DNA of 64,000 bases from the NCBI GenBank assembly GCA_964016885.1, contig OZ024743.1, positions 181,908,001 to 181,972,000 of the forward strand, in the 5' to 3' direction. The stretch is from Eledone cirrhosa. Taxonomy: Eukaryota. The position numbers and the translations under genes are program-made. Positions 1 to 12,500 of this stretch are shown here, piece by piece. The notes beneath the pieces were generated by a model. The model saw nothing but the letters and a program-made list of their open reading frames with translations. It did not search any database and was not told the DNA's origin. Numbering within the stretch: the stretch's first letter is position 1; the number at the start of each line of letters is the position of its first letter.

Positions 1-140
1 GAGGTGACTTTGCTTTCATCCCTTATGGGGTCGATAAAATAAAGCACCAGTAACGTACTGGGGTCGATTTCATCGACTCCCCCCCCCCCGCGCCAAAATT
101 ACTGGTCTTGTACCTATACTAGAAATCATTATTATTATTA
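1..140 (+). mobile_element. SINE, 3' part (octopod-type tRNA/CORE-like family)
   Basis: Matches the body (ctttgcctttcatcc..ggggtcgataaaataaag.accag) and (ATT)n tail of the complete copies at 33130 and 49877-50285. Confidence 0.8.
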
Positions 141-270
141 CACTGACCCCTGGCCTTGTGCCAAAAGTAGAAACAATTATTACACTCTACTTAGTACAAC
201 ACCAATATCTACTGGAAACTACGCACCGAGAGCTCACTTTGGTGAACTTATAGTAACTGGACGTTACAAC

Positions 271-362
<92 letters not shown>

Positions 363-367
<5 letters not shown>

Positions 368-640
368 GTTTGAAAACTGGTTAGACCATTACTCAATGGA
401 GTACTCGATACTTGGGGTAGTAGAGTATGATTATATATAATTTCCTCCCGTTGTGTTGCTATAAAAAAAAAATGTTATATAAATACAAAGGGAGAAAATA
501 CACCACTAATCACTGAAGATGTCACAGAAATGTGTGACGAAAGAACTTTGAGAAATTATATTTATGTTTTTAACTGGAGGTCAATCAATGAAAAACATTG
601 ATTGCCAGCTAAATTGTTTATGGAAATATATAAAAATATA
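363..640. mobile_element. (TA)n-associated Penelope/retrozyme-like insert
   Basis: Abuts (TA)n 273-363; bulged tail hairpin on the minus strand at 403-426; hammerhead on the plus strand at 508-553. Confidence 0.6.
508..553 (+). ncRNA. Minimal type I hammerhead ribozyme
   Basis: tca-CTGAAGA-t-GTCACA(gaaatg)TGTGAC-GAAA-gaac-TT-tga: core boxes intact, 6-bp stem II, short stems I and III. Confidence 0.6.
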
Positions 641-695
641 CGGAAACTGAAGCGAAAACCAAACAGTGAGTGTGTTTTACTATTTTTTTGGCAAT

Positions 696-800
696 AATCC
701 CGCCGAGGTTGACTTTGCCTTTCATCCTTACGGGGTCGATAAAATAAAAGTACCAGTAATGCACTGGATAATTGCTGGCCTTGTGCCTAAAGTAGAAACA
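696..800 (+). mobile_element. 5'-truncated SINE inserted into a fold-back repeat
   Basis: SINE body and tail; the joined flanks match the uninterrupted sequence at 40735-40812. Confidence 0.8.
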
Positions 801-844
801 AATATTAGGACAACATGACCCTCCCCAAATATAACAATTTAATA

Positions 845-1035
845 TTTTTCGGTTGTACCCCTGGCAGTGGAGACGTCTGGTGTCCTCGGCCCGAGGGCTA
901 CCTCCTTACTCACCACCATAGGCGCTGAGCTCGCCAGCCGCAGATGTGAACCCCGCGAGTTGGAGTGTTGGAGTGGCTTTTCCAGCGCGTCTCCCTTGCC
1001 GTCCTCCGTTGGAACGCCTTGTTCATCCTGTCCGT
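845..1035 (+). pseudogene. C-terminal fragment of a CRE-like (RLE) non-LTR retrotransposon
   Basis: VPLAVETSGVLGPRATSLLTTIG...EPRE, then frameshifted LEWLFQRVSLAVLRWNA, resembles the CRE C-terminal motif FVPxAxETxGxxG...FQRxSxAxQRGNA. Confidence 0.65.
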
Positions 1036-1409
1036 CGGGGCTGGGTGGGGGGCATCGGGTAACATTCCACATTTAGGTATCTGTTACAACAAAGCTGTGT
1101 ATATCTCTAGTATCCTTGTATTTTACTTAACGTATTATAAAAAGGAAAAGTAATGTTTTACTGATAACCATCTCCTTATATATTTTAGTGACTGGTATAA
1201 GATAGTGATGTTCTACAGAAAGCAGCCCACCTAGAGAGCTGTATAGAGTCACATTGACTTAGATTGTCATGGCCAGTTTTATTGATCTAACAACAGAATA
1301 TTCATTGTCGAAACCGACGGAGGCCTCATGTTTTAATATTTATATGTAAAAATGGAAGTCGGTGGTAAAATAATGATAGTAGTGGTACATATACTAATAT
1401 GTATGTAAG

Positions 1410-1510
1410 CCTGTGTGCGTATATATATATTCATTTGTTAAGGCTAAATAGGGAGTCTTGTTACTCTGGATTATCGCCTGTTTATCAGTCATCAGACAAG
1501 AACTTTTATA
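1410..1510 (-). mobile_element. Decayed hammerhead-type insert (related copy at 5714-5805)
   Basis: Minus strand reads cttgt-CTGATGA-ctg..cag-gcGATAatccagagTA-acaag with the GAAA box mutated; shares ccagagta.caagactc.ctatttagccttaa with 5761-5800. Confidence 0.45.
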
Positions 1511-1889
1511 CACACTTATATACATACACATATACGCACTTATATACATACATACACATGTATATACATACTTATATACATACACACATACACACTTATA
1601 TACATACACAGTTATATACATACAAACTTATATACATAGAACTTATATACATACATACACATGTATATACATACTTATATACATACACACATATAGACTT
1701 ATATACATACATACATATATATTTACACAATTATATACATACACAATTATATACATACACAATTATATATGTGTGTGAATATAAGTGTGTATGTATATAA
1801 GTGTATGTATGTATATATACATACACACATATACACATACATACATACAGTATATATATATACACACTTATATACATACACACTTATAT

Positions 1890-1948
<59 letters not shown>
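1505..1948. repeat. TA/CA low-complexity minisatellite ending in (TA)n
   Basis: Recurrent cacttatatacatacaca units. Confidence 0.9.
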
Positions 1949-1951
<3 letters not shown>

Positions 1952-3162
1952 ACGAAGGAAATGTGGTAAGGAACCAGGTGGACCATAACGCACCAAAGTA
2001 CTCAATACTTAGGGTAGTAGAGTGGGTAATAATAATTTGGAATGTTTTTTAATAATAATTTTGGAATGTTTTTTTGTGATAATACAGGGTTAGATCACTG
2101 AAGCTACCTTGTACCTTCTTAAAGATACATTTTATGATTATTGTCTTTTTGCTTATGTATTTTCTTAGTTACCACTTTCTTTAATCTTGCCCAACTTGAT
2201 AAACTCCTTGAATTGCTCCCTAATTAAATTGCTTAAATTGCTTAGATTATTGTACCTATTATGCCTAAGTTGTATCTGTTGAAGCAGCCCTTTGAAAATT
2301 CCTCGGATATCCCAAATACCGTAATTTTTAATTTTTAACTTTTAATGTATAATCTTCCTCAATTCGTTTTTATATTTATCCTCAAAGGCTCTCTAAAATT
2401 TTAATTCTTCGAAGGGTCTATCGGAAGAAGTTCCTATTGGAAATAGTAAAGGGGCCTTTTCTGAGAGATTTATGGAAGGCTCTCTGAATTAACCTCTAAT
2501 TGATTAGTTTCTTTCAACCTAGTTTTCAATTCAGTTTTCTGAATTTTGTAAACGTGATCTCGGGGGAAGAAGGTTTTTTTCTTTCGGAAAAAATTTTTTT
2601 TCTCTAGAAGAAATTTCATAGGAACTCTATATATTTTTTAGGGAAACTTTATATTTTTATTTTCTTATTTTATTAGCCTCTTAATTTTCTTCTAGACTAA
2701 TAGGTGTATTAGAACCTGTAAGCTTTATGCACTCATTGAGGGATTTTCTGAGGTGCTTCTACGGGACCCCAAGTCTCTTGGTTTAATGTTGATGCGTGAA
2801 TTATATATTTTTGTCTAATTTTTAAACTTCAATCCCTGACTCCGACAACTAATATAAAAGAGCCCCCCTTAAAGCGGAGTTGCTGATGTATACAACAATT
2901 TCAAACTGCTAGCCTTGAGTGATACGTTGATGTAAACAATGATCTTGCAATCACATGTTATATGCCTTGATAAGTCCCACCATGGGGTCGGACGAAACGG
3001 CTGTCGGTAATAAACTTGTTATAATGTCATAATAGTTCCTTTGTTCTTTTTCACTAATATTTCTGCTCTGCGTATACGCATAGAGCTTAACTAGCTACCG
3101 TCACATATTTGGTAGGTCAGACGTGATCATCGCGATTCACATACGTCCTACCATACATCTTA

Positions 3163-3165
<3 letters not shown>
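1949..3165. mobile_element. Penelope-like insertion between two (TA)n tracts, with outward-facing tails
   Basis: Left end 1949-2030 is nearly the reverse complement of 36151-36232; degenerate hammerhead at 2963-3010; bulged hairpins at 2000-2023(-) and 3065-3086(+); internal region not assignable. Confidence 0.55.
2963..3010 (+). ncRNA. Degenerate type I hammerhead ribozyme
   Basis: tgcc-TTGATAA-GTCC...GGAC-GAAA-cggct-GTC-ggta; two core substitutions relative to CUGAUGA. Confidence 0.55.
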
Positions 3166-3253
<88 letters not shown>

Positions 3254-3615
3254 ATATATATATACATACATATATACATACTTCCACATTCAAAGAGAAA
3301 AGGTGATGTTGGTGATCTGATGAAGCTGATCTATGATGAAAGGCATTCTAGACGTGACCATCCCGTCTATTAATACCTAGTTTATCTATCATTACTATAT
3401 CCTACAGCAGAAACACCACCCCGCCTCAGGCACAGAGCCTATCACTCTCTCCTTCCCCTTATTTTCTTCCATGACCTGCTCTTTCTCTCCTTTTCTTCAC
3501 ATTTATGGCATTTATAGTCCTTTCCTCTACTTTCCTATACAACCAGATCTCCCCACTCTTTTCCCCTTCCCCTTGTTTTTTCATTACTTAATTTTGCTTC
3601 TATCTTCTTTTTTCA

Positions 3616-4065
3616 TATTTCCATCATTGTATAACTTCTGTCTGTAAAATATATATTTCTTTGTCTGTAAAATATAGCTGACATAATATGTATATATATA
3701 ACAGATAACAAAATATTTCCTATCATTGTATAACTTCTGTATGTAAAATATAGTTGACGTATGTATATATATAACAGATAACAAAATATTTCCTATCATT
3801 GTATAACTTCGGTATGTAAAATATAGTTGACATATGTTTATATATAACAGATAACAAAATGTTTCCTATCATTGTATAACTTCTGTATGTAAAATATAGT
3901 TGACATATGTTTATATATAACAGATAACAAAATATTTCCTATCATTGTATAACTTCTGTATGTAAAATATAGTTGACATATGTTTATATATAACAGATAA
4001 CAAAATATTTCCATCACTGTATAACTTGTAAAATATAGTTGAGATTATATGTTTATGTATAACTA
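3616..4065. repeat. 73-bp minisatellite, about 5-6 copies
   Basis: tatcattgtataac recurs at 3721, 3794, 3867 and 3940. Confidence 0.9.
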
Positions 4066-4456
4066 ATTAAATAAAAAATGTTTTCCCAATATCCTCTGTC
4101 CTTCCCAGTTATTAAGACGGTTGTAAGGTGTGGTTTCATAATTTCAAAGCTAGGTTAATGGTGTTATTGTTTTTTTTTTAAACCCTATGAATGTAAGTTT
4201 ATATGTGTGTGTGTGTGTACGTTTGTATGTGTGTATGCTTGTATGTTTATATATATGTGTGTATATGGGTATGTGTGTATGTGTGTATGAGTGTACGTTT
4301 GTATGTGTATGTACGTGTGTATGTTTGTATGTATGCATGTGTGTATATAAGTCTGATCACGTAGCACCAATGATGTAAAGTGTTCCACATGTGACAATCC
4401 CGTCGTTTTAGGGGTATGTCAAACTGTATTATCTAATGTGTCATTTCCTTATTAAT

Positions 4457-4524
4457 TGTTTCTACTTTAGGCACAAGGCCAGCAATTACCCAGTGCATTA
4501 CTGGTACTTTATTTTATCGACCCC
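4457..4524 (-). mobile_element. 5'-truncated SINE with 17-bp target-site duplication
   Basis: Reverse complement of the SINE 3' end, flanked by gtcatttccttattaat at 4440-4456 and 4525-4541. Confidence 0.85.
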
Positions 4525-5228
4525 GTCATTTCCTTATTAATGACAGGAAAGTGTGATTTGAAGGATATTGGCAGCTATTTTAGCTAGTCAAGTGATTACA
4601 TCGAGGCTCTCCTGTTATTGATATTTAACCCATGGTCAACACTGAACAGGCAGACCTAGCATGTGTGTACGTGCGTACGTTTGTACCAGTGTGTATGTGT
4701 GTATATATGTGTTTGTGTGTGTATATGCAGATGTGTGTGTATGCAGGTGTGTATATATGCAGATGTGTGTATAATGAAAAGTATTTCACATGTGACTATC
4801 CCTCCTTTTTAGGGGTATGTCTGACTATATTAACTAATGTACGATTTCCTTATGGTGTGATTTGAAGTAGAATTGGCAGCTATTTTTAGCTGGTTAAGTG
4901 ACCACATAGACGCTAACTTTGTTGGATCACGAGGCTTCGTTGTTGTTGTTGTTTTCGTTGTTGTTGTTGTTGTTGTTGTCTCGCCAAAGCTAATTTACAC
5001 GATTTTATTCAACCATTAATTATTGCTATCAACTATTAAATTATTACTATACTTATCTGCACTGATGTGACTATATATATATATATATATATATATATGT
5101 AGGAGGTGAGTTTTATTGTAGTACAATAAAGCAATGCAGATATCGGATAAGAAGCACTCTACAGTTTGTAGGACTGGAGTATACATAATATATATATAAG
5201 ATCAAAAGATGGTTAAATGAGTTCCATG

Positions 5229-5299
5229 TATTTTATTATGCGCATTTCAAAAACAAATATCATCATGCAATAACATTTGTGTTTTCATCAGATAAAATA
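5229..5299 (-). ncRNA. Type I hammerhead ribozyme, mirror copy
   Basis: Exact reverse complement of 5369-5439. Confidence 0.85.
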
Positions 5300-5368
5300 G
5301 GAGGACATATATGTTGATTTAAAACTGCACTATCCACAAGTGTTTTTAACCTTCATATCATGTCCTCC

Positions 5369-5439
5369 TATTTTATCTGATGAAAACACAAATGTTATTG
5401 CATGATGATATTTGTTTTTGAAATGCGCATAATAAAATA
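5369..5439 (+). ncRNA. Type I hammerhead ribozyme, intact core
   Basis: TATTTTAT-CTGATGA-[stem II acaaatgtt/gatatttgt]-GAAA-TGCGCA-TA-ATAAAATA; palindromic stem III ATGCGCAT. Confidence 0.85.
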
Positions 5440-5490
5440 CATGGAACTCATTTAACCATCTTTTGATCTTATATATATATATATATATAA

Positions 5491-5685
5491 ATTTTAATAT
5501 AGATGAGATTCTACAGGACTAGAACTGTTTCATTCTTTAGAAATCATCAGGAATGATGATTTCTAAAGAATGAAACAGTTCTAGTCATGTAGAATCTCAT
5601 CTATATTAAAACTTTTATACTCTGCTATGTATTGAGTACCTTACTTACTGTGGTTACCTCCGATTCAACCCGGAATAACTTACCT

Positions 5686-5686
<1 letters not shown>
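5491..5686 (+). mobile_element. Fold-back hammerhead element, family H1
   Basis: Hairpin 5492-5611; minus-strand ttc-CTGATGA-tttctaaagaat-GAAA-cag..ctg-TA-gaa at 5509-5553; tail hairpin 5619-5637; relatives at 41210, 42455 and 57023. Confidence 0.8.
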
Positions 5687-5717
<31 letters not shown>

Positions 5718-5801
5718 GTGTGCGGTTGACGAAACACACGTGTATATACACAGGTAAATCTCCAGAGTATCAAGACTCACTATTTAGCCTTAATAAAATG
5801 A

Positions 5802-5980
<179 letters not shown>

Positions 5981-6274
5981 TGTCTGTCTGTCTAACTGTC
6001 TGTATATATAGAGAGAGAGAGAGTGACGATAAGAAGTCATATTTGCAGCTTGTTATGAAACTTTATAGATTCATACATTTTTAGTATATAGGCATATAAA
6101 CATCCAGTTATACGTATTTCTTCTAAACTGAATCAGTGACAGATGCCTCTAAGCGATATTCGAAGCTAGTTGTGTTCTTAACAGAAGCTGAGTATATCAT
6201 GTAAACAACCACAAAGATATGTATAACAATAATATTTATATACTCTAGAAGTGCAGTGACTCCTTCTCTGCATT

Positions 6275-6628
6275 CAACCTTGTCGCTTTGGCGATAAACT
6301 CGGGAACCGCTGCCTGCGACGCAGAGGAGAGGAAGATAGTAACATACTGGGGCCTTATTGACCACTTCCTCTTTGTACTGTTCTCCTTCGAGACCTCTGG
6401 TGTCCTTGGTTCCCACAGAGGAGAGGAAGATAGTAACATACTGGGGCCTGACCGACCACTTCCTCTTTGTACTGTTCTCCTTCGAGACCTCTGGTGTCCT
6501 TGGTCCCCACAGAGGAGATGAAGATAGTTAAATACCGAGGCCTGACCGATCACTTCCTCTATGTACCTGTCTCCTTCGAGACCTCTGGTGTCTTTGGTTC
6601 CCGCACTGCTGATTTGTTCCATGAAATC
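6275..6628 (+). pseudogene. CRE-like RLE C-terminal fragment with a triplicated 94-bp unit
   Basis: GTAACDAEERK..KYRGLTDHFLYVPVSFETSGVFGSRTADLFHEI; unit starts at 6322, 6416 and 6510. Confidence 0.65.
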
Positions 6629-7369
6629 AGGAATTTGGGTTGTCTTTCATCTTCTCCAGCATTTTTTCAGCCATTGACTTTCTCTTGGTCGTATCAGCTG
6701 CAGTAAGCTATTGTTTAGTCTGTATTCTGTTGGAGTTCTTCTTAAGATCCTCTTTGACAACCCTTCTGCAACTTGGGGGGGGGGGTAGACGAAGAGATCT
6801 GGTGTTATTGGTCCTCCACATATGAGAGAAGATAATCCTTGGTCCTCACACTGTTGACGGGGGTCAGCTTGGGGAGAGATCACCGTTTGAAGTGGGTTGG
6901 CTGTTTCCGGCCATTCTCCACAGTAACACCTTTGCCAATATCTTCGCAAGACTTGTGAGGTAGCGCCCAGACTGGGGTGTAGTGACTCTCCCTCCCCCTC
7001 TCCCCTTCTTTTGTTGTTTCATTTCTAAAACTTATAATTGTATTCTGAAATAGACATGCTAATTTGTATATTGTTAGAACTCATGTTGATATTTAGTTAT
7101 GATATATATTAGGTTGTGCGCTAAACAACCGAAGTATACGATAAAGTTGTATATGTCTATATACAGTTTGCGCGTGTGTGTATATGTGTGCATGCATGTG
7201 TGCGCGCGTGCGTGTGTGCGCCCGTGTGTGTGCGCGCCCGTGTGTGTGTGCGCGCGCGAGTGTGAGTGCGCCCATGCATGTTTGCGCGCGCGTGTGTGTA
7301 CGCCCATGTGTGTGTGCATGTATGTGCGTGGATGTATGTGCGTGCATGTATGAGCACATGTGTGTACAC

Positions 7370-7400
<31 letters not shown>

Positions 7401-7769
7401 CATGTGTGAATCGATAAAAGCTATAAAGAATGGAATGCATGTATTCCATAAGGTTTAGTTTCACGGAAGGAGGAGGAGGAGATGGTTGAAGTGGTTGTTA
7501 CTTGAATGACAATGACATGACAAAGTTGAGAGTATATCGATCGAGTAGTAATGCCTGCCTGCCTGTCTGTCCCTCTGTCTGTCTGTCTGTCTGAGGATAG
7601 TAGACGTGTTTCATATCGGCTCTGCGATTTGGGATTTTTACCTGCTATTTTTGTGAGTGAATTTTTTGGAATTCTTTTGTATTATTAACTCTAACCCCTA
7701 GTCTGGGACTTTAGACGTAGGGTAATTATATTTTCACCTTTTTTGGGGTGAAAAATAATTAATTCAAAA

Positions 7770-9518
7770 ATGTTTATCGATATCGTTGATAACGATATCG
7801 TCGAAAACGATATCGCCATATTGGAAGCGAACGCCACGCCGACCAAAAAAACAAGCGGGAAAGAGGGAACAACAGTTCAAACTGTTGAACAGCCCCTCCT
7901 CTCCAATGAAAAAAAAAAGAATTTTAATTCAAATGAAAAAATTAATTTTCAAGAAAAAAATAACACCACAAATAAGGAAACCAACAACATTACAACAACA
8001 AACAAAGACAAAATTTCTTTTGCCCAAACACTCAGGAGAGCCACGGAATACAAAGCCATTGACATCACGAACGCCAAGGAAAATTTGCTAGAGGCTAGAA
8101 AATACGTATCTTTTGGGGAGGATGGTTCTTTTACGATCAACTCCCCAGAAGAAGTGCGTCAACAGATTTTCAAGAATACCGTAACCTACAGAACCATAAC
8201 CAACGAAACGAGAAAGCCAGCGCAATTGACCGAAAGTCAAATCGAGCTGGTTCTGAAAGAAATTAAAAACGACATACTCTTTATTCAAAGAGGAAAGCTG
8301 TATGCCAGCATTATGGTCCGAATGAAGGACGAAATGCTGGCTCAGAAATATTCGGTGGCACCTATAGTGTCACCACAATACACCTTCTTCCCCACATATA
8401 AAGGAAGAAGAACACAAAGGATAAGAATGTGGAGCCCTACGCCAGAAATTAACATCTGGTCCGTCCTAACAGGATTTACCGACCTAGATAAGGACATACT
8501 CATTTCAGCAGGGGAGTCCACCAGTGGACTGTTCGGGGGGAAAAGTCTGGAGGTTCTCTTACAGATGACACCTGAGAGAATCTCCGGAATACCCGACCGA
8601 GTGCTACTGGATGGGCGAGCCTACATAAATATCACAGTGGAAGGCAGGAGACCCTCATGTTACCACTGCGCTGGCAGAGGTCACCTGAGGACGGCCTGCC
8701 CTCTACTAACAAAAAAAAAACCACTGCTACAAACACCACAACAACAACAAAAACAACCAGCACCACCATCACAAAAACAACAAAATACACTACCATCACC
8801 ACCAGAACAACAAAAACCAACAACACCACCACCACCACAACAACAACAACATCAACAACAGCTCAAGAAAACAACCCAAAACACGGTCCCACCCAGCCCC
8901 ACCCCACAGAACACAAATACAAAAACAGTTCTTACACAACCCGGAGATATACCCCTCCCCTCCAATACGGAAGAGGAGCTCATATCGTCGGAAGACGAGG
9001 GGGCTCCCTTCCAAAAAGTGAAAAGAAAAAAACGTACACACACCACACAAACAAAAATAACCCCACCTGACAACACAACACAGACAATAAAACGCAAACT
9101 CACTCAACAACAACAAGCAAAAACAAACACAACAACACAAAAACTCTACATAAACAAAAACAATGAAAACCTAACTTTAAAAATAGAAACCAACCCTTCG
9201 ATACAAACCGAAGGGCCGAATTTCGTAACGGCAATGGGGCTCCCTAACCTGAAAATGGTGAAAATCCCACTTGACATTTTCAAAACTTTGAAAGACATTT
9301 ACCCTGAGGACGTGGGCCCACCCTGCACCAGGCCACTCAACCGCGTCCTCCTGAAAGGTTTTCCCCTCCCCTCCTCAAACACCCACACAACTCCAAAGAT
9401 CCCAACCCCTCCACACACTAATACCCCCACACCACCACAAACCACCACCCCACCCATCAACCCCTCCACCAGCCCCATGGAAACTGAGCGACCCGAACCC
9501 CGGGACGCAGAGAGGTAA
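7770..9518 (+). CDS. LINE ORF1 (gag-like, CCHC zinc knuckle)
   Basis: Open 582-aa ORF with CYHCAGRGHLRTAC and a Q/T/P-rich tail, ending 23 nt before ORF2. Confidence 0.85.
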   Translation: MFIDIVDNDIVENDIAILEANATPTKKTSGKEGTTVQTVEQPLLSNEKKKNFNSNEKINFQEKNNTTNKETNNITTTNKDKISFAQTLRRATEYKAIDITNAKENLLEARKYVSFGEDGSFTINSPEEVRQQIFKNTVTYRTITNETRKPAQLTESQIELVLKEIKNDILFIQRGKLYASIMVRMKDEMLAQKYSVAPIVSPQYTFFPTYKGRRTQRIRMWSPTPEINIWSVLTGFTDLDKDILISAGESTSGLFGGKSLEVLLQMTPERISGIPDRVLLDGRAYINITVEGRRPSCYHCAGRGHLRTACPLLTKKKPLLQTPQQQQKQPAPPSQKQQNTLPSPPEQQKPTTPPPPQQQQHQQQLKKTTQNTVPPSPTPQNTNTKTVLTQPGDIPLPSNTEEELISSEDEGAPFQKVKRKKRTHTTQTKITPPDNTTQTIKRKLTQQQQAKTNTTTQKLYINKNNENLTLKIETNPSIQTEGPNFVTAMGLPNLKMVKIPLDIFKTLKDIYPEDVGPPCTRPLNRVLLKGFPLPSSNTHTTPKIPTPPHTNTPTPPQTTTPPINPSTSPMETERPEPRDAER

Positions 9519-9541
9519 GTGCCTCTTTCTTTGCCACCAAC

Positions 9542-12500
9542 ATGGCTGTCTTAAGAGTAGGTTGTCTAAATGCGCGTGGCCTGGGCTCACCTTGGAAGCA
9601 AGCTAAACTTCTAAGTGACCTCAGGTCACAATGTGTAAATGTGATGGTTATTTGCGAGGCCCGGATCAGCAGCATGCGACAGCTAACCCCCACCTTTGAT
9701 GACTTTGAGATGCACGCATCTCTCTGTCAGCCTGGAGGTGGGGGTGGGGTTGTCGTTCTGCTGCAAAAACATCTGGGTCTCGCTACACAGACGGTACACT
9801 TGGACCCGGAGGGTCGACTCGTGGTTCTGGACCTTGGCAATGGTGAAGGCGAAGCTTTTAGGCTTGTCGCCGTATACGCCCCTTTTGGGGCAATGCGGTC
9901 GGACTTCTTCCATCGTCTGGAGACTTTTCTAGGGACGTCCCGCTCCTTGCTTTTAGTGGGGGACTGGAATGGTATCCTAGATGCACGTTGGGACTATGTA
10001 GGGGCATGTCCCGATAGAGGGGGTGTAACAGCCTTAAGGGGTTAATCGGCCGATTCGACCTGGCCGATAGATACCGACTAGATTTTCCGACTGTACCAAC
10101 CTGGACCTGGTCAAATAACAGTGGTCAATCTAGATCGTACCTAGATAGGTTCTTAGTTAGAATTAAGGATAGGGACTTTTTAAGTTGTCCAGAAATGCTC
10201 ATGGTGGGCTATTCAGACCACAAGTTAGTGACCTGCGTAGTCCACCTTGATAGAACGCATAGGCAGGGGCCCGGTTACTGGAAGCTCAACTTGTCCTTAC
10301 CGGCAAGTAGAGCTTACAGGGACCAGATTAGAACCTTAGTTAAGGAGCAGTTGACGGGCGCCATCGTCAACGACAGGTGGTGGGGCTCTCTAAAAAGAGA
10401 GATTAGAGTAGTTTCAATAGGAGTTAGTAAGGAGTTAGCCTCAGATAGAAATAGGAAGGAAAGGGAGTTGGTAGTTAATGTTGAAGAGGCAATGAGAAGC
10501 GGCAACGTGGCCAGAGTGCAAGCGTCGAGAACGGTCTTGAACCAGTTCTTCGACGCGAAACACGAAGGCTGCGTTGTCCGAAGCAAAATACGTGCTCTGG
10601 GAAACGAGGGGACCAAAGCTGTTAGCTGGACCCGCGTGACAGAAGCGAAAAGTGGGATTAAATCCACTATCCGGTCTTTGCGAGACCAGGATGGACGGCT
10701 GATCCTTGAACCTAAGCAAATGTGCGAGGCCTTTCAAAGGCACTTTGCCCAATTGTTCAGGAGGGGCGGGGAGCCGGTTGGAGATGTGGATTTCGGTCCA
10801 TACCTCGACGGCCTGCCGCGTCTTTCGGACAGGGAGGCGAGGTCCTGCGACGGGCTGATCTCAGCTGCTGAAATAGGGGACGTGCTGAGCCTATGCGGCA
10901 AACGCAAATCTCCAGGACTCGATGGTCTGCCCTACGAACTATATATTAATATGCCGGACTTGTTCCCCGATCTCCTCGAGGCGGTCTACTGCAACTGGCA
11001 ACAGAACGGGAGAATTCCCTGTTCTGTGACCAAGGGCGTAGTCTCGCTAGTGAGGAAGGACAAGAACAAGGGGGATGACATTAGTAATTTTAGGCCCATA
11101 ACTCTGCTAAATGCAGAGTTAAAGATTTTGGCGAAGGTGTTAGCGAAGAGGTTGGCGCTTGTCGTGGGGGGCCTGGTGGGAGATGCGCAGACATGCGCTA
11201 TCCCGTCCAGGTCCATCCACGACAACCTCCACCTCATGCGATACATCATAGAGAGGGTTGGGAACGAACCCGGCTTTGGTGGGGCCCTGATAAATTTAGA
11301 TCAGTCTAAAGCGTTCGATAGGGTGGACCATGGTTACCTGGATGCGGTGCTAGCGGCGGCTGGGTTCGGACCCGTTTTCAGGGGCTGGATCACTGCCATG
11401 CACAGCAGCCGCATCTGCTCTAGAGTCAAGGTGAACGGCTACCTTTCGGAGCCGTTCGAAATCACCCGCTCCATCCGACAGGGGTGCCCTCTCTCCTCCC
11501 TTCTGTATGTATTGACTCACGAGCCATTACTGCGGAAGTTGGAGTTGTTGCAGGGCATCCCTTTGGAACCGGGATTGCGCAAAGCGGTGTCGGCCTACGC
11601 CGATGACGTAACAGTAATGGTGTCGACCGCCTCGGAAATCGAGGCAATCGGCACCTTACTAGAGGAGTACGAAAGGTTGACAGGGGCTAAGCTGAACCGG
11701 GACAAGTCAGTCGCTTTGCAACTCGGCGAGTGGAGGGGCAAAGCGATGTCGTGCGACGGTATCGTCGGACGGTGGACGGAGGGCCCGGTGAAGTTGCTTG
11801 GGGTCTGGTTCGGACCGGACCTCCAGGTGGAGAAAAACTGGGGTGAGGTGAAGAATAGGGTGTTTGCACTGACCCAGAAGTGGGCCGAGTGCAAACTATG
11901 CCTAAAAGGTCGGGCGGAGGTGGCGAACGCTTACATAGCGTCCGTCATCTATTACCGCTTGACTGTCGTGCCTTGCCCGGGTGAGATCCTCGCCAAAATG
12001 GAGCGCGCCCTCTTTTATTTCCTTTGGAAGAAGAGGTCTCCTCTGGTGAGGAGATCCATCTGCTGTCAACACCCTTTGAAAGGAGGGCTAGGGATGCCGT
12101 GGCTAAAAATGCGTAAACACGCATTGAGGCTAAGGCACCTCCACGTATTCCTCACCGGTCAACCGGTGTGGGCCCCGTTTGTGAGGCGAGCCTTCCTGAG
12201 GCTCGTCTCGCTCACCGAGCTGCAGTCCTGGGTGAAGCAAAGACCGAGAAAACTGGGCGACTGGCACACCGAGTGTGCTCAGGCGCTCACGGCTCTCTGG
12301 CAGGCGGACCCGGCTATCGACGGAGACTCCACCTCGTCATTCTATAGAGGGCTGGTGGTTAGCAGGTGCGACGACGCCCTCGGAGAAGCCCTAGGCATGG
12401 AGGAGGACGAACTGGCCAGTCTATTCGGTAGGACTTTCGGCCCGGGACCTATGGACAACTTCCAGAAGTCCTTGGCCTGGCAGTGCTACCGAGGGGCTCT

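Larger units (their letters stand above)
5099..5478. mobile_element. Fold-back hammerhead element in (TA)n
   Basis: Perfect ~118-bp inverted arms 5190-5308 and 5360-5478; tail hairpin at 5156-5180(-). Confidence 0.8.

Noticed and set aside
6630-6970. Minus-strand 100-aa ORF as a retroelement N-terminus
   Set aside because: No diagnostic motif recognisable without a search
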